From Chloroflexota bacterium (GTDB taxonomy: Bacteria > Chloroflexota > Dehalococcoidia > Lucifugimonadales > GCA-2717565): a stretch of DNA of 64,000 nucleotides. Below, piece by piece: positions 36,085-46,199 of this stretch. The stretch is from contig PBAZ01000001.1 of assembly GCA_002717565.1 (NCBI GenBank), forward strand, positions 261,683-325,682. The letters are read 5' to 3'. Below the pieces are notes generated by a model. It did not search any database and was not told the DNA's origin. It was given only the letters and a program-made list of their open reading frames with translations. Position 1 is the first letter of the stretch. Each line of letters begins with the position of its first letter. Position numbers and translations under genes: made by a program.

Positions 36085-39000
36085 TTGTTTTCGAGTTGGG
36101 GATTTTTAAGAATGGTTTCTCGATTTTCTGAGTATCGATTTAGGTATGATGCTGGAAAAACTCTGCTAATCGCTTTGCTACTACTCGTTTCTTTTGGCAT
36201 GCGTATTCTGGGTATAGATTGGGATCAGGGGGTTATGTATCACCCTGATGAGCGGGCCATATTTATGAAGGCCTGGGATCTTTCATTTCCTGTAGATAAT
36301 TTAGGGTTACTCTTTAATGCAGATCAGAGCCCATGGAATCCAAGATGGTTTCCTTATGGCAGTTATTTGCTTTATCAGCTTAAGATCGCTTCCGAGGTTA
36401 TGAGCATAGGTGAATTTGGTGATCTCAGATTTATTGGGAGAGGATTAGCCGCACTAGCAGATACGTTCACAGTATTTGTCGTGGTAATGATTGGTCAAAG
36501 ATTTTTCAATTTCGCTACTGCATTAGTAGCGGGTATGCTCACGGCATTTTGTGTTCTCCATATCCAATTGAGTCACTTTTACACTGCTGAACCGTTCTTC
36601 ACTTTATTTGTACTATGCTGCCTATGGTTTGCGTATAAAGTCGCTGAATCTGGAAGGGTTCGTGACGGCGCGATTGCAGGTATATTTTTTGGCCTAGCAA
36701 TGGGTACTAAAGTTAGTGCTGCTCCTGTTATCGGAGCCTTTGCGGTCGCTTGCATGCTAAATGTTATGCAGGCAAGTCAGTGGGAAGATTTTTCCTTTCA
36801 AAAAGCCAGAGTAGGGTTATTTCGGGCCCTTCAATTGATGGCAACGTTTCTCGTATCTGGGTTTGTCGTGTTTGTAATCGTATGTCCGTATGTCTTATTG
36901 GACTTTAGTACATTTCTGATGGATATAACGGAGCAGCGACAGATGGTTACTCGCTCAGTTGATCTTCCTTACACGCGGCAGTATGAGGGAACAACCCGAT
37001 ATCTGTATCAGGTTGTTCAGTTATCCAAATGGGGATTAGGTATCCCTTTAGCCAGTATGGTTTTCGTTGGCCTAACATACAGTTGCTGGAGATTGTATAA
37101 GCGACTAAATAATGGCCTCGTTATTCTGCTTGCTTGGCTAATACTATATACGGTAGTCACAGGGTGGTTTGATGTAAAATTCTTGCGCTATATGCTGCCA
37201 GTTGTTCCGGTGATGATCATAGTAGGAACTTATGGGGTCATCAGTTTAGCTGAGAATATGAAATCCACCGCGAATACCGTATCGAGGGTTATTTTGGGGA
37301 TGGTCATAGGTGTGACTATTCTTACCGCAGGCTATGCTGTAGCTTATCTCCAGATATACACCGAACCCCATGTCGCGACCCGTGCTTCTGCGTGGATCAA
37401 TAACAATATTCCAGTCAACTCCTTGTTATTAAGTGAGCACTGGGAGGAGTCGATACCCGGTATCGAGCAATACCCGCAACAAAAGTTGCCTATGTATGAA
37501 GTCGATGATGAGAAGAAATTAAATGAACTTTCCTTTATGGCTTCTACAGCAGATTATATTATATTTTATAGTGATCGTTTGTACGGTACGGTGGGGCGTC
37601 TCGAGCAAAGATATCCGATAAGTGGGGGATTTTACCGTACGCTGTTTAGTGGGGAATTGGGCTACATATTGGCTCATGCAGAACATGCGTATCCGAATTT
37701 GCTAGGTGTGAGTATTGTTAATGATACATTTGGGCGACCAAGTTTGCCCGTTCCAGATGGCGCTACCAACATTACGGGTACTCTAGAAATCAAGCTTGGA
37801 TATTCTGATGAGAGCTTTACAGTATATGATCACCCATTAATTTTGATTTTTGCTAACGAAAAACGACTTAGCAAAACATATATCCAAGAAGCTATAGTTG
37901 CAGATTCAATATGGCTTCGTCCCGATGGGATACTGCAAGATAGCTATCACATATACTCTCAAAATCAGCCGGCGGAGTTTTCTGATGAACAAAAAGGTGT
38001 TTACCAACAGGCAGGCACTTGGAGTTCATTGGTCATGGAAGCTAATCGTAGTTTAGCCTTGCAGGTAGTTCTATGGGTTGGGCTAGTTATTATGATCCAC
38101 CTCGCAGTACTTCCGTTATGCGTATCCATATTCTCTGCATTGCCGGATCGTGGTTACCTTTTGGGGAAAACTTTTGGGATCCTGATTACGTGCTTCCTAG
38201 TCTGGCTGTTTGCATCTTTGGGGATTATGGAATTTACCAGTTTGTTCTTCTGGGTGATTTTGGGGATTGTTGGGGTGAGTATATGGGTATGGGCTGGCAC
38301 GAAGAATAGGGTTTTCAAAGAGATGTTGCAGTTACATTGGAAGCAGTGGGGGCTCGGAGAAGTTATATTTCTCGGAGCATTTTTCGCATTCTTGGTAATT
38401 CGTATGATGAATCCGGATTTGTGGCATCCATGGAGGGGTGGGGAAAAATTCATGGAATTGGCATATCTGTCGGCAACTTTTAAATCTGCCTTTATGCCTC
38501 CTTATGATCCGTGGTTTGCTGGCGGTTATCTAAATTATTACTATTTTGGTTATTTTTTCATAGCTTGTTTGGCGAAAGCTGTTTTTATTTCTCCTTCGCT
38601 GGCTTTCAATTTGGCCATTCCATTGATTTTTGCATTGATAGTCAGCAATAGCTATTCGCTTGGATATAATTTGGCAGCGATTGGGGATCAAAATTGGCAT
38701 GAGGATTTACATAAAATTAGGAAACGATATGTTTCTAGTGGGATTTTTACCGCGTTACTTGTTGCTGTTCTGGCCAATCTTGATGGAGTAATTCAACTGT
38801 ACGAGAGATTCCGATATAGGTTTTTTGAGGGAGGGGGATGGTCCGGGTTCGACTACTGGCGGAGCAGTAGACTTATGCCTCCTGATCCCCCGGGGCATGA
38901 GATAACTGAGTTTCCATATTGGTCTTTGCTTTTCGGTGACTTGCACGCGCATGTGATGAGCATTCCCTTTGGCCTATTGGTTCTCGGGCTTTTGTTGACA

Positions 39001-40521
39001 ATTTTCGTGCGGGGAATATCTCTAAGCTTCAAGAGTTTAGCGATTTATGGTTTCCTTGCTTTAAGTTGTGGTGCACTATGGCCATTGAATGCGTGGGATT
39101 TTCCTACCTATGTAGCTTTGATTATCGGTGTTTTAGGGTTTGTATCTATAAGGGATCACCGATTGGAAAAAAGTGGACTTATTCGATCAGCTATTATTGC
39201 AATTGGGGTTACTAGTCTCAGTGTGATTTTATATCTTCCCTTTCACCAAGCATACAAAGGATATGGATTAGGACTAGTGATCAGTAAGACGCAAACCGAT
39301 GCTATCCAGTATCTGATGATTCATGGATTGTTTGTCTTCATACTCGTTAGTTTTGTGATTTGGATGTACGGTAACGGCTTTAAGGTTTTGTTGGGTAGAG
39401 GGTTGGGTTTTAGCACAGGCATACAGTTTTCTGGATTGCATATAAGGAAGTATTTGCATTGGGGCCGTGATTATATAACGCCTCAAGAAGATACGAATGT
39501 TGTCCAAAATACTCTGGTCCAAGAGCAAAGCAACAGATACGCCGAATTGCCTCTAGATACTTCGGTGAGGCGCTGGTTGATATGGTTTATTGTAGTTAGC
39601 GCTATAGGAATTTTATCTTTGTTTGCGTTATCCGGTTATCTCGTGGTGGTTGCCCTGTCTGTAGTTGCTGGCAGTATTGTTTGGATGGTTGTCCGTGGGG
39701 CACTATGTGGTTATACCGGGCGTGCAGATAGCTTTGCGCTTTTAGTGGTAGTTATGGCCCTTATGTTAGGGGTGGCGGTAGATGTTGTCACGTTTAACAA
39801 CGATATTGGCAGGATGAATACGGTTTTCAAATTTTATGAACAGGCATGGGTCCTTTGGGGTATTGGTTGTGGGTATCTGTTGTATCTTTTGATATCACGG
39901 TGGCTGATGCCTTTTAGTGTTAATAGGTATAAATTCATTTGGGGTTTTTCTCTGGTTGGATTGATTATTAGTGCTTCTGTTTTTCCTATTCTTGGTACAC
40001 AAGCACGATTAAACGATCGGTTTCAGACCTTGCCTATGACTTTGGACGGGATGGCTTATATGGAGATGTCTACGTATAGCGATCCAAATGGTCCTATAGA
40101 GTTGAAAAACGATCTTCGAGCTATAGAGTGGATGCGTGAGAACGTGCAAGGGTCTCCGGTAATTTTGGAGGGACGTGCACCACTGTATCGGTGGGGCGGC
40201 AGAATTTCAGTATATACTGGCTTGCCTTCAATAGTTGGATGGGATTGGCATCAGACTCAGCAGCGTATGGCTTTTGGTCAGGAGGTTAATAATCGAAGTC
40301 AGGTCGTTGACCTTATATACAATACTGAAAATGAGAATCATGCTATTGATTTGATTGATTATTATGATGTGAGGTATGTCGTCTTGGGCGAATTAGAACA
40401 TCTCTATTACAACACATCTGGACTTCGCAAATTCGATAATATGATTGGCAATGGATTAGATTTAGCTTATCAATACCCGGCAGTAAATCCCAAAGTTAAG
40501 ATTTATAGTAGAGTGCCTTAA
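36085..40521 (+). CDS. Giant polytopic membrane protein (1478 aa): N-terminal GT-C (PMT/ArnT-like) module + C-terminal YYY/DUF2298 (Chlor_Arch_YYY) module
   Basis: More than 25 hydrophobic segments. The first loop carries YHPDERA (36241..) as in GT-C enzymes. The second half carries GGEKFMELAYL...PPYDPWFAGGYLNYYYFGYF (YYY motif near 38530..38556), the signature of the Chloroflexi/Archaea YYY domain. The start is either TTG 36085 or ATG 36112. Confidence 0.75.
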   Translation: MFSSWGFLRMVSRFSEYRFRYDAGKTLLIALLLLVSFGMRILGIDWDQGVMYHPDERAIFMKAWDLSFPVDNLGLLFNADQSPWNPRWFPYGSYLLYQLKIASEVMSIGEFGDLRFIGRGLAALADTFTVFVVVMIGQRFFNFATALVAGMLTAFCVLHIQLSHFYTAEPFFTLFVLCCLWFAYKVAESGRVRDGAIAGIFFGLAMGTKVSAAPVIGAFAVACMLNVMQASQWEDFSFQKARVGLFRALQLMATFLVSGFVVFVIVCPYVLLDFSTFLMDITEQRQMVTRSVDLPYTRQYEGTTRYLYQVVQLSKWGLGIPLASMVFVGLTYSCWRLYKRLNNGLVILLAWLILYTVVTGWFDVKFLRYMLPVVPVMIIVGTYGVISLAENMKSTANTVSRVILGMVIGVTILTAGYAVAYLQIYTEPHVATRASAWINNNIPVNSLLLSEHWEESIPGIEQYPQQKLPMYEVDDEKKLNELSFMASTADYIIFYSDRLYGTVGRLEQRYPISGGFYRTLFSGELGYILAHAEHAYPNLLGVSIVNDTFGRPSLPVPDGATNITGTLEIKLGYSDESFTVYDHPLILIFANEKRLSKTYIQEAIVADSIWLRPDGILQDSYHIYSQNQPAEFSDEQKGVYQQAGTWSSLVMEANRSLALQVVLWVGLVIMIHLAVLPLCVSIFSALPDRGYLLGKTFGILITCFLVWLFASLGIMEFTSLFFWVILGIVGVSIWVWAGTKNRVFKEMLQLHWKQWGLGEVIFLGAFFAFLVIRMMNPDLWHPWRGGEKFMELAYLSATFKSAFMPPYDPWFAGGYLNYYYFGYFFIACLAKAVFISPSLAFNLAIPLIFALIVSNSYSLGYNLAAIGDQNWHEDLHKIRKRYVSSGIFTALLVAVLANLDGVIQLYERFRYRFFEGGGWSGFDYWRSSRLMPPDPPGHEITEFPYWSLLFGDLHAHVMSIPFGLLVLGLLLTIFVRGISLSFKSLAIYGFLALSCGALWPLNAWDFPTYVALIIGVLGFVSIRDHRLEKSGLIRSAIIAIGVTSLSVILYLPFHQAYKGYGLGLVISKTQTDAIQYLMIHGLFVFILVSFVIWMYGNGFKVLLGRGLGFSTGIQFSGLHIRKYLHWGRDYITPQEDTNVVQNTLVQEQSNRYAELPLDTSVRRWLIWFIVVSAIGILSLFALSGYLVVVALSVVAGSIVWMVVRGALCGYTGRADSFALLVVVMALMLGVAVDVVTFNNDIGRMNTVFKFYEQAWVLWGIGCGYLLYLLISRWLMPFSVNRYKFIWGFSLVGLIISASVFPILGTQARLNDRFQTLPMTLDGMAYMEMSTYSDPNGPIELKNDLRAIEWMRENVQGSPVILEGRAPLYRWGGRISVYTGLPSIVGWDWHQTQQRMAFGQEVNNRSQVVDLIYNTENENHAIDLIDYYDVRYVVLGELEHLYYNTSGLRKFDNMIGNGLDLAYQYPAVNPKVKIYSRVP

Positions 40522-40597
40522 GATAGGTTGACCAGAGAAAACGGATCATCTCTTGTTTATGATTTGAGAGGCGTTGAATAAGGCAAAATGAGAAATC

Positions 40598-41560
40598 ATG
40601 TTACGTTCTAGATTCATACGGCTGTTGTTTTTGATTCCCAGAGATTTGGTGAATGATTTTCTTGCGAAAAACTGTACACAGTTTGCTGCAGCGATCTCTT
40701 TCTATGCTTTATTTTCGTTATTCCCATTGACCTTAGCAGTAGTTTCAGGCCTAAGTTTTTTTCTGGGTGATCCAGAATCAGGTGTTGATTTAGCTCATCA
40801 GATCAGTGAGTTGGCTCCGGTGTCTAGTGACTGGGTGGGCGCTACAATAGCTGGAGTGGTAGAAAAGAGGGCTATCACGGGGGTCGCTGCTGTAATAGGG
40901 CTGATATGGGCGTCTAATGCTGTTTTTGGTGCGATACGAAAAGGAGTTAATGCTGCGTGGGGAATATCCAAACCGCGTCCATTTTTGTCAGAAAGAATAA
41001 TAGATATATCGCTGACATTTGGTGCGGCTTTGTTGATATTGGTTTCGATATCTACCACAACAATTAGAACATTCTTGCGTCACACAATTGATTGGGCACA
41101 ACAACAGATTTGCGGACGGGAGTTAGCAGAAGCTTCGATAGTTCAATTAGATGGCATTTGCATGGTTGATCCGGCCCTTGTTTTTGGAGGAATCTTAGAT
41201 TTAATCGCGCCTATATTCGCTCCGCTCCTGACGCTTATTACGTTTATAGTCTTGTATAGGTTTTTGCCTAACACGTCAGTGCGGGTCTCAGATGTTTGGC
41301 CCGGGGCACTGATTGCTTCCCTATCATTTGAGATGCTCAAGAGTGGCTTCGTATGGTATGTTGCTGCTTATCCTGCATACAATGTGGTGTACGGTACGCT
41401 TGGTGCGGTGGTGGCTTTGCTAGCTTGGATATATCTCTCTGCTATTGTGTTACTTTTTGGGGCATTGGTGACATCGCGCTACTCTCGGTATTTATCCCAA
41501 GGAGCAGAGAGAGTGGGGTGGCTTTTCTGGAGAGCAGTTTCTGGTACGAATGATCGATGA
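40598..41560 (+). CDS. YihY/BrkB-family integral membrane protein
   Basis: N-terminal FAAAISFYALFSLFPL motif and six TM segments, typical of the YihY (formerly 'ribonuclease BN-like') family. Confidence 0.8.
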   Translation: MLRSRFIRLLFLIPRDLVNDFLAKNCTQFAAAISFYALFSLFPLTLAVVSGLSFFLGDPESGVDLAHQISELAPVSSDWVGATIAGVVEKRAITGVAAVIGLIWASNAVFGAIRKGVNAAWGISKPRPFLSERIIDISLTFGAALLILVSISTTTIRTFLRHTIDWAQQQICGRELAEASIVQLDGICMVDPALVFGGILDLIAPIFAPLLTLITFIVLYRFLPNTSVRVSDVWPGALIASLSFEMLKSGFVWYVAAYPAYNVVYGTLGAVVALLAWIYLSAIVLLFGALVTSRYSRYLSQGAERVGWLFWRAVSGTNDR

Positions 41561-42711
41561 TGGAGAGCGCTGTGGCAAGTAGTTTTGATAAACCAATCCA
41601 TCAAGGTAGCGGATTCTGGTGTTGGCTGGCGATTGCTGCTCTAGCTTTATTTTTGCTCGTTTCTGGATGTGGTTCTGATAGTGGAGGTGGGGATTCTTTG
41701 CAAGTTTCTGAATCAATGATTGAGACGACACAAGTAGATTCACTTTCTTCGGAACGAGGTTTACCGAGTTTGGCCCCGATTGTTAGTGAAGTATTACCCT
41801 TCGTAGTTTCTATAACAACTGAGCAAATACGGCCACAGTTTTTCTATCAAATCGCGGTCCCGGGTGCTGGTACCGGAATTATTATTCGATCGGATGGTCA
41901 TATTGTGACTAATGATCATGTGATAGCGGGTGCTCGAAGTGTTGTCGTTACCTTGCATGATGGCCGACAATTTGATGCTGAAGTTGTTGGGAGGGATCTC
42001 CAGAGTGATCTTGCAGTTATCAAGATAGCTATGACGGGATTGCCAATAGCGAATGCCCCTGAGATCTCTCAGTTAAGAGTAGGTGATTGGGTAATGGCGG
42101 TGGGTAATGCTTTATCCTTAGAAGGTGGAAACACGGTAACTATTGGTATTGTCAGTGCATTGGGACGAACTATCCTCACAGACCCCTATGAGGATATCTA
42201 TTTATATGAAACGATTCAGACAGATGCTGCAATCAATGAGGGGAATAGTGGTGGCCCACTTATCGATATGGAGGGTAATGTAGTGGGCATCAATGTGGCC
42301 ATTGATAGCACTGCGCAAGGCATTGGCTTTGCAATACCTTGGGCAACAGTTAAAACGATTACTCATGAGCTCATTTCAGTAGGGCGAGTGATACGTCCGA
42401 TGCTAGGGGTTATAGCGATTGAATATACCTCTGCAGTCGCTCGGAGTATAGATAAAGAATGGATACGAGGACTTCTAGTTCTGAGAGTTTTTGAGTCGAC
42501 AACTGCTGCTGAGATTGGGATAGTCTCGGGGGATATCATTACTAGTATTAATGGCGACCCTGTAGCGGATATAAAAGAATTTCGTCAGATAATAGGGAGA
42601 TATGAAGTTGGAGATACGCTTGAGGTGGCTATTGAGCGTGACGGAGAAGCCATAATTTTGGAAGCTGTCTTGCAGGAAAAACCAGAGGGAGTGAGTTTAC
42701 AAGTACTTTGA
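41557..42711 (+). CDS. HtrA/DegP-family serine protease (trypsin-like S1C domain + one PDZ domain), membrane-anchored
   Basis: Catalytic triad contexts TNDHV, DLAVIK and GNSGGPL. A C-terminal PDZ domain (GDIITSINGDPV). An N-terminal TM segment. The ATGA start/stop overlaps the upstream gene. Confidence 0.9.
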   Translation: MMESAVASSFDKPIHQGSGFWCWLAIAALALFLLVSGCGSDSGGGDSLQVSESMIETTQVDSLSSERGLPSLAPIVSEVLPFVVSITTEQIRPQFFYQIAVPGAGTGIIIRSDGHIVTNDHVIAGARSVVVTLHDGRQFDAEVVGRDLQSDLAVIKIAMTGLPIANAPEISQLRVGDWVMAVGNALSLEGGNTVTIGIVSALGRTILTDPYEDIYLYETIQTDAAINEGNSGGPLIDMEGNVVGINVAIDSTAQGIGFAIPWATVKTITHELISVGRVIRPMLGVIAIEYTSAVARSIDKEWIRGLLVLRVFESTTAAEIGIVSGDIITSINGDPVADIKEFRQIIGRYEVGDTLEVAIERDGEAIILEAVLQEKPEGVSLQVL

Positions 42712-42788
42712 TTCAATGTCGGTGTCGAATCAACATCTCACTCCAGTACTAAGTATTCAGGCAGTCTTACCAGAGGGTTTAGAGGGTA

Positions 42789-45700
42789 TTAATTCTGCTT
42801 CACCCCTATGGTTACTGATGCATCTCCTATCTTGAAAGTATCCTGTGTAAAGGTGTCATCTGGTTGTTGAAATTCAATTAAGTCCGCTAAAGTTTCAATT
42901 TGTAGGTAATGTTCAAATAGTGCAACTGTGTCTCGAATATTTTCGTTGGCTTCGTACCGGATAGATATATGATCAGATATTCCGAAATTTGCTGTTCGTC
43001 TCAATCCCTGAACGTGGTGAACTAGATCACGAATTAACCCTTCTTGGTACAGTAAGGTTGGAATGTTGGTTGATATGCCCACGAGGTAGTCGGATTCCTC
43101 TGAGACGCTGTAGCCTTCTCTTTCGATCCTCTGAATGAGAAAGTCTTCGGGGGTTAGGCTAATATTACTAAGCGTTATGGTTACAGGATCACTGCTGTAA
43201 AGCTTTTCTATAATGTCGTCTTGATCAGCATTTGCTAGGCTCGCTTGCAATTCAGGTAAGTGTCTACCATGTTTGGGCCCGACTGTTTGAGTGTTTAGCT
43301 GGACGCGGAGGTCATATAAAATTGCAGGATCATTTATAAGTACGACTTTCTTTACGTTGAGTTCTTCTAAGATCTGTTGTTCCACAGATGATAAAAGATC
43401 AGGGTTAACTGTTTGTGGTAAGAGTACCGTAACAGCTGCTAGCGGTTGGCGAACCCGAATTCCCGTTTTGCTGCGACTTGCTCTACCGAGAGAGGATATC
43501 TGCATTGCCATTCTCGTTGCCTCTGATAAATCTCGGTCAATCATGTTGGGGTCACTAATAGGGAAAGATGTCAGGTGGATGCTTTGGTGTTCCTCACTTG
43601 CGTAAGGCATCACAAGATTTTGGTATATCGTTTCTGTAATGAAAGGTGCGATAGGAGCCATCAATTTGCAAACAGTTACTAAACAAGCATACAGGGTGTC
43701 GTAGGCTGCGCCCTTTTCCGTATCGTTTTCATTTTTCCAAAATCGCCGTCGACTTCTTCGCACATACCAATTAGACAGAAGCTCGACGAAAGTTTCTATT
43801 TTTCGGGCAGCTTCTGCTGACTGGTATCGGTCGAAGTTCAACGTCACTTCCGAGATCAAATCATTCAGTTCACTGAGAATCCAACGATCGATTTCAGTAA
43901 GGTTATTTTGGTCGAAATGTGCATTAGGTTCGAATTCATCGATGTTTGCATAGGTGACAAAAAAGCTATAGATGTTCCATAAGGTAAGGAAAAATTGGCG
44001 ATTAATTTCGTCGGTGATATTTGCACCGAAATTTAGGTTTACTGCCGGGTTGTGCCGCGTGAAAACCCAACGCATTGCATCAACTCCCATTGTTTCTGCG
44101 GCATCCTCAAACCAGATTGCATTGCCTTTGCTTTTATGCATTTCTTCCCCGTGTTCATCTCTCATTAGGGCGTAGCTAAAAACATTCTGAAATGGTTCTG
44201 TATTCTCAAGTACTGTTGACATCGTCAATAGGGAATAAAACCAATTTCGAAATTGTCCAGGGAAGCTTTCTGAAATCCAGTCCGCTGGAAACCAGTCTTG
44301 CCAGTGATCCTTATCAATGGTGTAATCAAGGGTCGAGAATGGCGCTATTCCTGCATCTAACCATGGGTTTCCCACGTCAGAGATTCGATCGACAGGCAAT
44401 CCACAATCGCTACAGGCAATCTTTACTGAATCAATCCACGGTCGATGTGGGGTGTGGCCTTCGAAATCGGCCAATCCTTCTATAGCACGGGATGCGAGTT
44501 CGTCCTTACTCCCCATTACCTCGAAGTTTCCGCAACTGCACTTGTATATAGGAAGCGCTAATCCCCAATATCTTTTTTTTGATATCATCCAGTCATCCAT
44601 GTTTTGTAGCCAGTCCAGTTCTCTCTTTAGCCCGAATTCAGGAATCCAGTTGATTTTCTTGGTGACCTCTGCGATCATCAATCGTAGGTCCTGCATGGAG
44701 ATAAACCATTCATTAACTAATCGGAAAACTAACTCGGTATCACATCGCCAACAAACTGGATATCTGTGAGTGTAGGTTTCTACTTTATACATTCGTTCCG
44801 TGTCTTGAAGATATTGGAATATTGATGGATTTACGTTAGCAACATTTTGGCCAGTTAGCCATCCGAATCCTTCTACAAAGTCGCCGGATTCATCTAGTGG
44901 TGCAATCACATTAAGTGAAAATTCCTTGCCTAGGGCAAAGTCTTCTTCTCCTGCCCCAGGAGCGATATGGACAATACCAGTGCCCTCTTCGTCGCTGACA
45001 TCATTCCAAGGTATTACCTCATGGCCTACATCTTTTTGGACAGCTAAGTCAGTGAATAGCCCTTCATATTCAATTCCTACCAGATTTTCCCCAGTGACTT
45101 CTTGCAAGATTTCGTAAGGTCCTTCGAGCACCTTAAGAAGGTTCTTGGCTAGATAAAGGTGTCGGTTCTGGTGAGAAACCAGTACATAGGTGATAGTTGG
45201 GTTAACGGCCAGTGACACGTTTGACGATAATGTCCACGGAGTGGTCGTCCATGCGAGGAAGTAGGTGTTGATCTCATTGCTTAAACGGAATGCGACATAC
45301 ACGCTCTCATGCGTGACTTCTTTATAGCCTTCGGTCACTATTTCGTGTTGAGAAAGACCAGTTCCGCATCGAGGGCACCACGGCATTACATCTGTGCCCT
45401 CGTACAACCATCCCTTGTTATGGCATGTTTTGAGAAAATGCCAGATAGTGTAGTTATTTGTATCAGACATAGTGTGATAGGAGTTATCCCAATCCATCCA
45501 GTATCCTAACCGCACGGATTGGTCAGTTATTATCTGAGAAAACTTTCGTACCCGTTCCTTGCAAAGTTCTACGAAACGGTCTATCCCGTATTGTTCAATG
45601 TCTTTCTTTGAGCGGAATCCAAGCTCTTTTTCTACCTCTACTTCAATCCAGAGCCCTTGTCCGTCAAAACCATTTTGATAGCGTTGACGGTATCCTGACA

Positions 45701-45920
45701 TGGTTTTGTATCGTTGGAAGAGGTCCTTGTAAGTACGTCCCCATGCATGATGTACTCCCATTGGATTATTAGCTGTTATTGGACCGTCGATGAAGGAGAA
45801 GCGTTTTTCAGACTCTGCGTTTTTGTTTAGGTATTTTTTTGCGATGTCATGTTTTTTCCACCACTCTAGAATTTCTTTTTCGAGGGAGACAAAATCTACC
45901 TGACTGGATACGGGTCGAAA
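42789..45920 (-). CDS. ileS: Isoleucine--tRNA ligase (type 2, long C-terminal extension)
   Basis: Class I HIGH-type motif PITANNPMGVHHAW and KMSKS-type motif (EMHKSKGN), plus a CP1 editing domain. I chose the start MFRPVSSQVDFVSLEKEILEWW (ATG 45920) by comparison with the usual IleRS N-terminus; the track start adds 20 aa. Confidence 0.95.
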   Translation of the reverse strand, partial: FRPVSSQVDFVSLEKEILEWWKKHDIAKKYLNKNAESEKRFSFIDGPITANNPMGVHHAWGRTYKDLFQRYKTMSGYRQRYQNGFDGQGLWIEVEVEKELGFRSKKDIEQYGIDRFVELCKERVRKFSQIITDQSVRLGYWMDWDNSYHTMSDTNNYTIWHFLKTCHNKGWLYEGTDVMPWCPRCGTGLSQHEIVTEGYKEVTHESVYVAFRLSNEINTYFLAWTTTPWTLSSNVSLAVNPTITYVLVSHQNRHLYLAKNLLKVLEGPYEILQEVTGENLVGIEYEGLFTDLAVQKDVGHEVIPWNDVSDEEGTGIVHIAPGAGEEDFALGKEFSLNVIAPLDESGDFVEGFGWLTGQNVANVNPSIFQYLQDTERMYKVETYTHRYPVCWRCDTELVFRLVNEWFISMQDLRLMIAEVTKKINWIPEFGLKRELDWLQNMDDWMISKKRYWGLALPIYKCSCGNFEVMGSKDELASRAIEGLADFEGHTPHRPWIDSVKIACSDCGLPVDRISDVGNPWLDAGIAPFSTLDYTIDKDHWQDWFPADWISESFPGQFRNWFYSLLTMSTVLENTEPFQNVFSYALMRDEHGEEMHKSKGNAIWFEDAAETMGVDAMRWVFTRHNPAVNLNFGANITDEINRQFFLTLWNIYSFFVTYANIDEFEPNAHFDQNNLTEIDRWILSELNDLISEVTLNFDRYQSAEAARKIETFVELLSNWYVRRSRRRFWKNENDTEKGAAYDTLYACLVTVCKLMAPIAPFITETIYQNLVMPYASEEHQSIHLTSFPISDPNMIDRDLSEATRMAMQISSLGRASRSKTGIRVRQPLAAVTVLLPQTVNPDLLSSVEQQILEELNVKKVVLINDPAILYDLRVQLNTQTVGPKHGRHLPELQASLANADQDDIIEKLYSSDPVTITLSNISLTPEDFLIQRIEREGYSVSEESDYLVGISTNIPTLLYQEGLIRDLVHHVQGLRRTANFGISDHISIRYEANENIRDTVALFEHYLQIETLADLIEFQQPDDTFTQDTFKIGDASVTIGVKQN

Positions 45921-46199
45921 CATAGCTGGTTTAACATCCTTATAGCTTTCCATATATGCGGTAGGAGCCCACAGAAACAAGGCATTTAGGAAGCTTGCGT
46001 CTCATGAAATTTTATTAGTTTGCATAGCAAGCGTAGAACGGGACTAAGTGAGTGTCAAGTTTGGTGTGTTCTAATTTTCACGGATGCTTATCAGCAGTTA
46101 AGTACAAGGAGTGTTCTTTGATTACTTGTGCTAGACTGAATTCCTATCTTTTCTAGATACTTTTATTAACTAAGATATTCATAATAGGGAGGGGTAATA

